From Candidatus Omnitrophota bacterium (lineage in GTDB: Bacteria > Omnitrophota > Gorgyraeia > Gygaellales > Profunditerraquicolaceae), in the NCBI GenBank assembly GCA_026387335.1, contig JAPLLX010000006.1, positions 125,702 to 189,701 on the forward strand: a DNA stretch of 64,000 bases. Direction: 5' to 3'. Positions 59,029 through 64,000 of the stretch are shown here, one piece after another. Both the position numbers and the translations under genes were made by a program. Below the pieces are notes generated by a model that was not told where the DNA came from, ran no database searches, and saw only the letters and a list, made by a program, of their open reading frames with translations. Each line of letters starts with the position of its first letter. Within the stretch, counting starts at the first letter, position 1.

Positions 59029-60597
59029 TTAAAACAGGTGCGCCTTGACCCTGGCAATATCTTCTCCCTGCTTAAGCTCATTTATGAAATTTTCCATATT
59101 CTTCTCCCAGGCCCTATCCGTAAAAAAATAACGCGCGAGGTACTTATTCATTCGCCGCGGATCTTTAAACTTCCTGTTCATTAAAAATACGAACTGGACA
59201 GGCCTGAAATAATCAATCTTATTGCGGTCCAGGCACTCTAAGAAACGGGAATACCGGTATTCCATCAATTTCCTAGCCATATCCCACTTCCAACCCCGGA
59301 ATTCATCATAGGCAAACTCAAAACCCGGATTTGATTGCTCCCTAACATTAATAATCCTGTATTTTGCGCAAGATCTAAACATCAGACTTTCCGGTTTAAG
59401 CACAAACCTGTTTAAATTAACTCCTTTAATATACGCATTATTATCTCTTATGAATTCCAGCGTGGAAATGATATCCTGGCTCGTCTCAAAAGGCAAACCG
59501 ATCAACAGGTCTATCTCTACCCAGATGCCCAGGTCATGGCATAGTTTTAAAATATGGGAAGCGTGTTTAAGGTCAATGACTTTACCTATGTATTTCTGCA
59601 GTTTAATACCGGCGGATTCCAATCCGATCACCAGCCTTACTGCCCCCGCTTCTTTTAAACGCAAAAGTATTTCTTTATCCAGGTTATTAAAGGTGGCGCA
59701 GTCGGTAAACTTTATCTTTAGGCGCTCTTTTGCTATCTTATCGGTAAGATCCCGGACAGTCTGCTTGGTTGGATTGATATTCGAATTCAGAAAAAAGAAG
59801 TCCTGCGTCTTATGTTCCCGTTTAAGAAATTTTAGTTCGCGGATTATCCTATCGTAATCCTTTATCTTAAATCCGGGTTTTCCGGATAATTCACAAAATA
59901 TACAGCTATTCTGGCAGCCTTCGATAAACGTATACGGGAGCAATAAAGGAAGTGATTTTGAAACGCCGGTATATCTGGATAAATTGCTTATCCGCCCTGA
60001 ATGCGGGAGAAACTCCGAGATTATAGTATTCCTGCTGTATTTATATAGGCTAAGCGGAAACCCCTTAAAATTCGGCTCTAAGAAAATCCGGGGAAGTTTC
60101 GGGTTAAGCTTGTTTTTGACGTTTAAAAAATCAATAAAGCTGTCTATACTGGAAGTCTGGTAATCTATAAGGCCTGCCTCTCGGTAAGCCGGCAGCTCGA
60201 AATTAGCGACGATTATCACGCCATAGCTATCTTTTATCTTCTTCATCAGGCAGGCGGCGATAGCCTGGCTGTTGATTCTATCCAACGACGGGTAATGCCC
60301 GGAAAAACAGACATAATCATACCCCGAAAAATCTGTTAAGGCCATTACTTTTGCGGTTTCCGCATCAATCTCAGCGCAAGCAGACCCGCGTAGGTAATCA
60401 TTGACTCTGGCTTGGTCCAGAAAAACATCCGTTTTTATGCTCCCCTTTACCAAAGACCTGTAAAGTTTGACATAAAGATCGTCGATATCATGCTCTATAT
60501 TATTCTGGCTTAAAGCCGAACTTACTAGCGCCAGGCCCAAAGGAGGCATGAAGGCATGATAGAAATAGTAAGGGGTAAGAACTAATTTCACTTTCAT
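59029..60597 (-). CDS. Cobalamin-binding-domain radical SAM protein (class B-type architecture)
   Basis: N-terminal B12-binding-like region (VLTPYY...PPLGLALVSSAL) and rSAM motif EGCQNSCIFCEL; 522 aa. Starts 21 nt downstream of etfA. Confidence 0.8.
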   Translation of the reverse strand: MKVKLVLTPYYFYHAFMPPLGLALVSSALSQNNIEHDIDDLYVKLYRSLVKGSIKTDVFLDQARVNDYLRGSACAEIDAETAKVMALTDFSGYDYVCFSGHYPSLDRINSQAIAACLMKKIKDSYGVIIVANFELPAYREAGLIDYQTSSIDSFIDFLNVKNKLNPKLPRIFLEPNFKGFPLSLYKYSRNTIISEFLPHSGRISNLSRYTGVSKSLPLLLPYTFIEGCQNSCIFCELSGKPGFKIKDYDRIIRELKFLKREHKTQDFFFLNSNINPTKQTVRDLTDKIAKERLKIKFTDCATFNNLDKEILLRLKEAGAVRLVIGLESAGIKLQKYIGKVIDLKHASHILKLCHDLGIWVEIDLLIGLPFETSQDIISTLEFIRDNNAYIKGVNLNRFVLKPESLMFRSCAKYRIINVREQSNPGFEFAYDEFRGWKWDMARKLMEYRYSRFLECLDRNKIDYFRPVQFVFLMNRKFKDPRRMNKYLARYFFTDRAWEKNMENFINELKQGEDIARVKAHLF

Positions 60598-60618
60598 AGT
60601 TTTGTAAATAGCTATCTA

Positions 60619-61821
60619 TTAACGCTTAAGGGTTTCTTGGAATTTTTTAATTAAGGCAGGGATAATTTCAAAAAGGTCGCCGACTATTCCATAAGTAGCT
60701 ACCTTAAAAATAGGAGCTTCGGGGTCTTTATTAATGGCTACGATTATTTTTGAGGATTGCATACCGACCAAGTGCTGGATCTGGCCGGATATTCCGCAGG
60801 CAAAATAAATCTTCGGGGCGACGGTGCGTCCGGTCTGGCCCACCTGGTGCGAATAAGGCATCCAGCCGGCGTCAACTGCCGCGCGGGATGAACCAACGGC
60901 AGCGCCTAAAACCTGGGCCAATTCTTTTAATATCTTGAAATTTTCCGGGCTCCCCATTCCGCGGCCGCCGGAGACAATGATATCCGCTTCAGATAAGTTG
61001 ATCAATGATTCGACTTCCTCCACTATATCTAACAATTTCGTCCGCGAAAAATATAAAGAACTATCAAAGCTCTCTTTTATAATCTTACCTTTGCGCTTTT
61101 TATCTGCCGGCAGAGGTTGGAAGACTTTATGCCTGACTGTCGCCATCTGCGGACGGTAATTCGGAGAGATGATTGTCGCCATAATGTTCCCGCCAAACGC
61201 CGGACGAGTCTGAAGCAAGATCTTTTTATCCGGGTCAATATCCAGCCCAGTGCAATCCGCGGTCAGGCCGGCCTTAATATTGATGGCTACCCGCGAAATA
61301 AGCGAACGGCCGATATTGGTAGCTCCGCACAATAGAATCTCCGGTTTATGTTTTTTAATCAACTCCACTAATATATTTGTATAAGGCTCGTCCTGGAAAT
61401 TAGCTAATTCCGCAGCCTCGACTAAATAAATATTATCAGCGCCGCAGAAAATTAATTCGTCCAGCTGGTCTTCCATTTTATTGCCTATTAAAACGCCGCT
61501 TACAGCGCAGCCGATTTTCTTGGCTAATTCTTGAGCCTTACCTAAAAGTTCATAGGCCACCGACTGAACTTTACCGTTTTTCTGCTCTAAAAATACCCAG
61601 ATACCCTTATAATCCTTAATATCCGGAAGCTCGCATTTAGCCAAAGTCTTCTCAATTAAAACCGCCTTAAATTTACAGGCGTCTTGGCAGGCTCCGCAGA
61701 GAGTACACTTATGTAAATCAATGATTGCCTTTTTGTCCATAATGCGGATGGCATCAAATGGACAGGCTTTCAGGCATAAGGTGCAACCTGTGCACTTCTC
61801 AATGATAATCTGAATTGACAT
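60619..61821 (-). CDS. etfA: Electron transfer flavoprotein alpha subunit with N-terminal 2x[4Fe-4S] ferredoxin domain
   Basis: CTGCTLCLKACP and CTLCGACQDACK motifs followed by the ETF-alpha FAD-binding domain. Confidence 0.85.
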   Translation of the reverse strand: MSIQIIIEKCTGCTLCLKACPFDAIRIMDKKAIIDLHKCTLCGACQDACKFKAVLIEKTLAKCELPDIKDYKGIWVFLEQKNGKVQSVAYELLGKAQELAKKIGCAVSGVLIGNKMEDQLDELIFCGADNIYLVEAAELANFQDEPYTNILVELIKKHKPEILLCGATNIGRSLISRVAINIKAGLTADCTGLDIDPDKKILLQTRPAFGGNIMATIISPNYRPQMATVRHKVFQPLPADKKRKGKIIKESFDSSLYFSRTKLLDIVEEVESLINLSEADIIVSGGRGMGSPENFKILKELAQVLGAAVGSSRAAVDAGWMPYSHQVGQTGRTVAPKIYFACGISGQIQHLVGMQSSKIIVAINKDPEAPIFKVATYGIVGDLFEIIPALIKKFQETLKR

Positions 61822-62606
61822 TATGAGATAACCTCGCTTCTTAATAATTCCACTATCTGAGCCGCGATCTCCGGAACCTCGCCTTTAAGCATCTGGCCTC
61901 CGACTCTTTGCGGCGGAGTAAAAATCTTCACTACTTGTGTGGGCGAACCGCACAAACCAATGTTCTGCGGGTCCAAATCTAAATCTTTCTGACCCCACAT
62001 AATAATTTTGGCTGCTTTCGCGCGGATCATCCCTTTTAAAGAAGGAATCCGCGGTTCGTTTATCTCCTTAACTACGGTAAGTAAAGCCGGTAAGGGTGTT
62101 TCAATAATCTCAAACCCTTCCTCCAGCATTCTTTCTACGCGCATGGATTTGTCCGTTGCTTCTTCTACTTTCTTAACGTAAGTTACCTGCGGGATATTTA
62201 AATGCGTGGATATTCCGGGGCCGACCTGCGCGGTATCTCCGTCCGAAGCCTGCTTACCGCAGATAATCAAATCAAAGGCGCCGATTTTTTTAATTGCTCC
62301 GGACAAAGTATAACTTGTCGCCCAGGTGTCGCTTCCGGCAAATGCCCGGTCACAGACTAAAACCCCTTCGTCAGCTCCCATGGAAATCGCTTCGCGTAAA
62401 GCTCCGTCTGCTTGCGGAGGGCCCATGGTTACAATCGTAACCTTACCTCCAAACCTTTCTTTAAGCCGCACGCCTTCTTCAATAGCATACATATCAAAAG
62501 GATTGATAATGGATTTTACCCCTTCGCGGATCAAAGTGTTGGTTTCCGGATTTATCCTGACTTCAGTGGTTTCAGGGACCTGTTTTATGCAGACGATAAT
62601 ATTCAT
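61821..62606 (-). CDS. etfB: Electron transfer flavoprotein beta subunit
   Basis: 261 aa; MNIIVCIKQVPE ETF-beta N-terminus. Confidence 0.85.
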   Translation of the reverse strand: MNIIVCIKQVPETTEVRINPETNTLIREGVKSIINPFDMYAIEEGVRLKERFGGKVTIVTMGPPQADGALREAISMGADEGVLVCDRAFAGSDTWATSYTLSGAIKKIGAFDLIICGKQASDGDTAQVGPGISTHLNIPQVTYVKKVEEATDKSMRVERMLEEGFEIIETPLPALLTVVKEINEPRIPSLKGMIRAKAAKIIMWGQKDLDLDPQNIGLCGSPTQVVKIFTPPQRVGGQMLKGEVPEIAAQIVELLRSEVIS

Positions 62607-62607
62607 T

Positions 62608-63759
62608 TTATTTCGCCATCTCTCTAATCAACTGTAAACCTATAATATTACGCTGGATCTGGTTTGTCCCTTCGTAGATCTGAGTGATCTTGGCGTCGCG
62701 GACATATTTCTCAATTGGATAATCTTTCATATAACCGTATCCGCCGAAAATCTGCAGGGCATCTACAGTCACCTTCATCGCCACATCCGAAGCATACATC
62801 TTAGCCATAGCCGATTCCTTAGAGACATCTCTTGAGCCGGCGTCAATTGCCCGGGCGCAAGAATATACTAATGCCCTGGCCGCCTCAATTTCGGTCGCCA
62901 TATCCGCGAGCATCCATTGAATACCCTGGAAACTGGAAATTGATTTTCCGAACTGATGCCTCTCTTTGGCGTATTTTACGGCTAATTCCAGAGCGCCCTG
63001 GGCGATCCCTAAAGCCTGCGCCGCAACCCCCGGACGGGACATATCAAAAGTCCTCATAGTGACGATAAAACCCATACCTTCTTTAGCCAGTAAATTCTTA
63101 GCGGGAATTTTACAATCGGTAAATATTAATTCGCGGGTGGAAGATGCGCGGATACCGAATTTATCTTCTTTTTTACCGAAGGTAAACCCCGGAGTCCCTT
63201 TTTCAACGATAAAAGCTGACGCACCGCGCGCGCCTTTGTCCTTATTAGTCATAGCAATAACAGTATAAGTTTCCGCATCGCCGCCATTAGTAATAAAATG
63301 CTTTAGGCCGTTTAAAATATAATGCTCGCCTTCTTTTTTAGCGGTAGTCTTTATGGCGGAAGCGTCTGAGCCGGCTTCCGGTTCAGTTATGCCAAAAGCC
63401 GCGACTTTTTTACCGCTGGCTAAATCCGGAAGGTATTTCTTCTTTTGTTCATCATTGCCGAATAAAACTATCGGGAAAGTCCCTAACGCCGAGGCTGCGT
63501 AGCAAACAGCGATACCGCCGCAGGCGCGGGAGAGCTCTTCGGTAGCTAAGCAAAGGTTAGTGATATTGACACCCATTCCGCCGTACTCTTCAGGTATAAA
63601 TAAACCGAAAAGGTCGGATTCTCCGATGACCTTAAGCACATCCCAGGGGTATTCTTCGCTGATATCGTATTTGGCTGCCGCGGGACGCACCTTCTCTTCG
63701 GCGATCTTATGCGCTAATTCCTTGATCATCTTTTGTTCATCGGTAAACAAATAATCCAT
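62608..63759 (-). CDS. Acyl-CoA dehydrogenase (short-chain/butyryl-CoA dehydrogenase-like)
   Basis: 383 aa; ACAD N/middle/C domains (GFGITEPEAGSD, YEGTNQIQ). Confidence 0.9.
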   Translation of the reverse strand: MDYLFTDEQKMIKELAHKIAEEKVRPAAAKYDISEEYPWDVLKVIGESDLFGLFIPEEYGGMGVNITNLCLATEELSRACGGIAVCYAASALGTFPIVLFGNDEQKKKYLPDLASGKKVAAFGITEPEAGSDASAIKTTAKKEGEHYILNGLKHFITNGGDAETYTVIAMTNKDKGARGASAFIVEKGTPGFTFGKKEDKFGIRASSTRELIFTDCKIPAKNLLAKEGMGFIVTMRTFDMSRPGVAAQALGIAQGALELAVKYAKERHQFGKSISSFQGIQWMLADMATEIEAARALVYSCARAIDAGSRDVSKESAMAKMYASDVAMKVTVDALQIFGGYGYMKDYPIEKYVRDAKITQIYEGTNQIQRNIIGLQLIREMAK

Positions 63760-63816
63760 GTTTCCTCCTGTTTAATTCCAAAAATTATAACATAAAATAA
63801 TTATTTTACAAGATTT

Positions 63817-64000
63817 TTAGCAAGGCAATCTCATTACAATCGGGGAATTTGCAGCAGTTAATGCATTCTGCCCAAATCTTATGCGGGAGGCTCTCATGCT
63901 TAACGTGTTTAAACCCGAACTTTTTAAAATATCCCGGTTTATAGGTGAGTACAAATATCTTCTTTGCACCTAAATCAGCTGCTTCCTCTAAACAAACCTC
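63817..64000 (-). CDS. GNAT-family N-acetyltransferase (ArgA-short-form-like), 5' end outside window
   Basis: C-terminal ...LTYKPGYFKKFGFKHVKHESLPHKIWAECINCCKFPDCNEIALLKIL. Confidence 0.5.

Overview
This 64-kb window is one bacterial chromosomal segment, with nearly all genes on the minus strand. The gene content suggests a diderm organism (SurA-like chaperone, PdxA, fused SecDF, lipobox lipoprotein). GC looks to be in the low-to-mid 40s % by eye, and the lineage is likely uncultivated.

Positions 1-37.6 kb are a conserved core. They begin with rpsJ (partial), tuf, fusA, rpsG, rpsL, rpoC, rpoB, rplL, rplJ, rplA, rplK, nusG, secE, tRNA-Trp and tRNA-Thr. Next come rsmA, pdxA and a surA-like gene, a compact mfd, secDF, yajC and rpsP. 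After these lie a TrpE/PabB-family gene and a histidine cluster (hisI, hisF, hisA, hisH, hisB, hisD) interrupted by a peptidoglycan-binding lipoprotein gene. The core ends with alaS, recX and recA, a divergently transcribed GAF-GGDEF cyclase, and smc, which is preceded by a 59-aa excisionase-type HTH gene that has a perfect consensus sigma70 promoter.

Positions 37.9-60.6 kb are a densely packed, apparently AT-richer accessory block (detailed in the first finding). Its contents are:
- nine radical SAM enzymes of several subclasses (SPASM/twitch, MiaB-like methylthiotransferase-like, HemN-like, cobalamin-binding);
- two GT2 glycosyltransferases, one fused to a SAM methyltransferase;
- an AsnB-like amidotransferase without the Cys nucleophile, a possible U32-family protein, an A24 prepilin-peptidase-like membrane protein and a TPR protein;
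- a His/Ser triplet-repeat precursor-like peptide encoded by 9-bp tandem DNA repeats, flanked by paired rSAM/SPASM maturases (one interrupted by a single-base frameshift in a T9 tract), resembling a His-Xaa-Ser (Hxs) RiPP-type module;
- a Cys-rich secreted protein and two tandemly duplicated secreted paralogs.

This block sits immediately downstream of, and is probably co-transcribed with, acyl-CoA dehydrogenase, etfB and a ferredoxin-fused etfA; a partial GNAT gene ends the window. A second observation worth following up is a dual-hairpin 5' leader motif with compensatory stem changes, found upstream of both tuf and the lipoprotein gene. No CRISPR array, rRNA or integrase/transposase was found.
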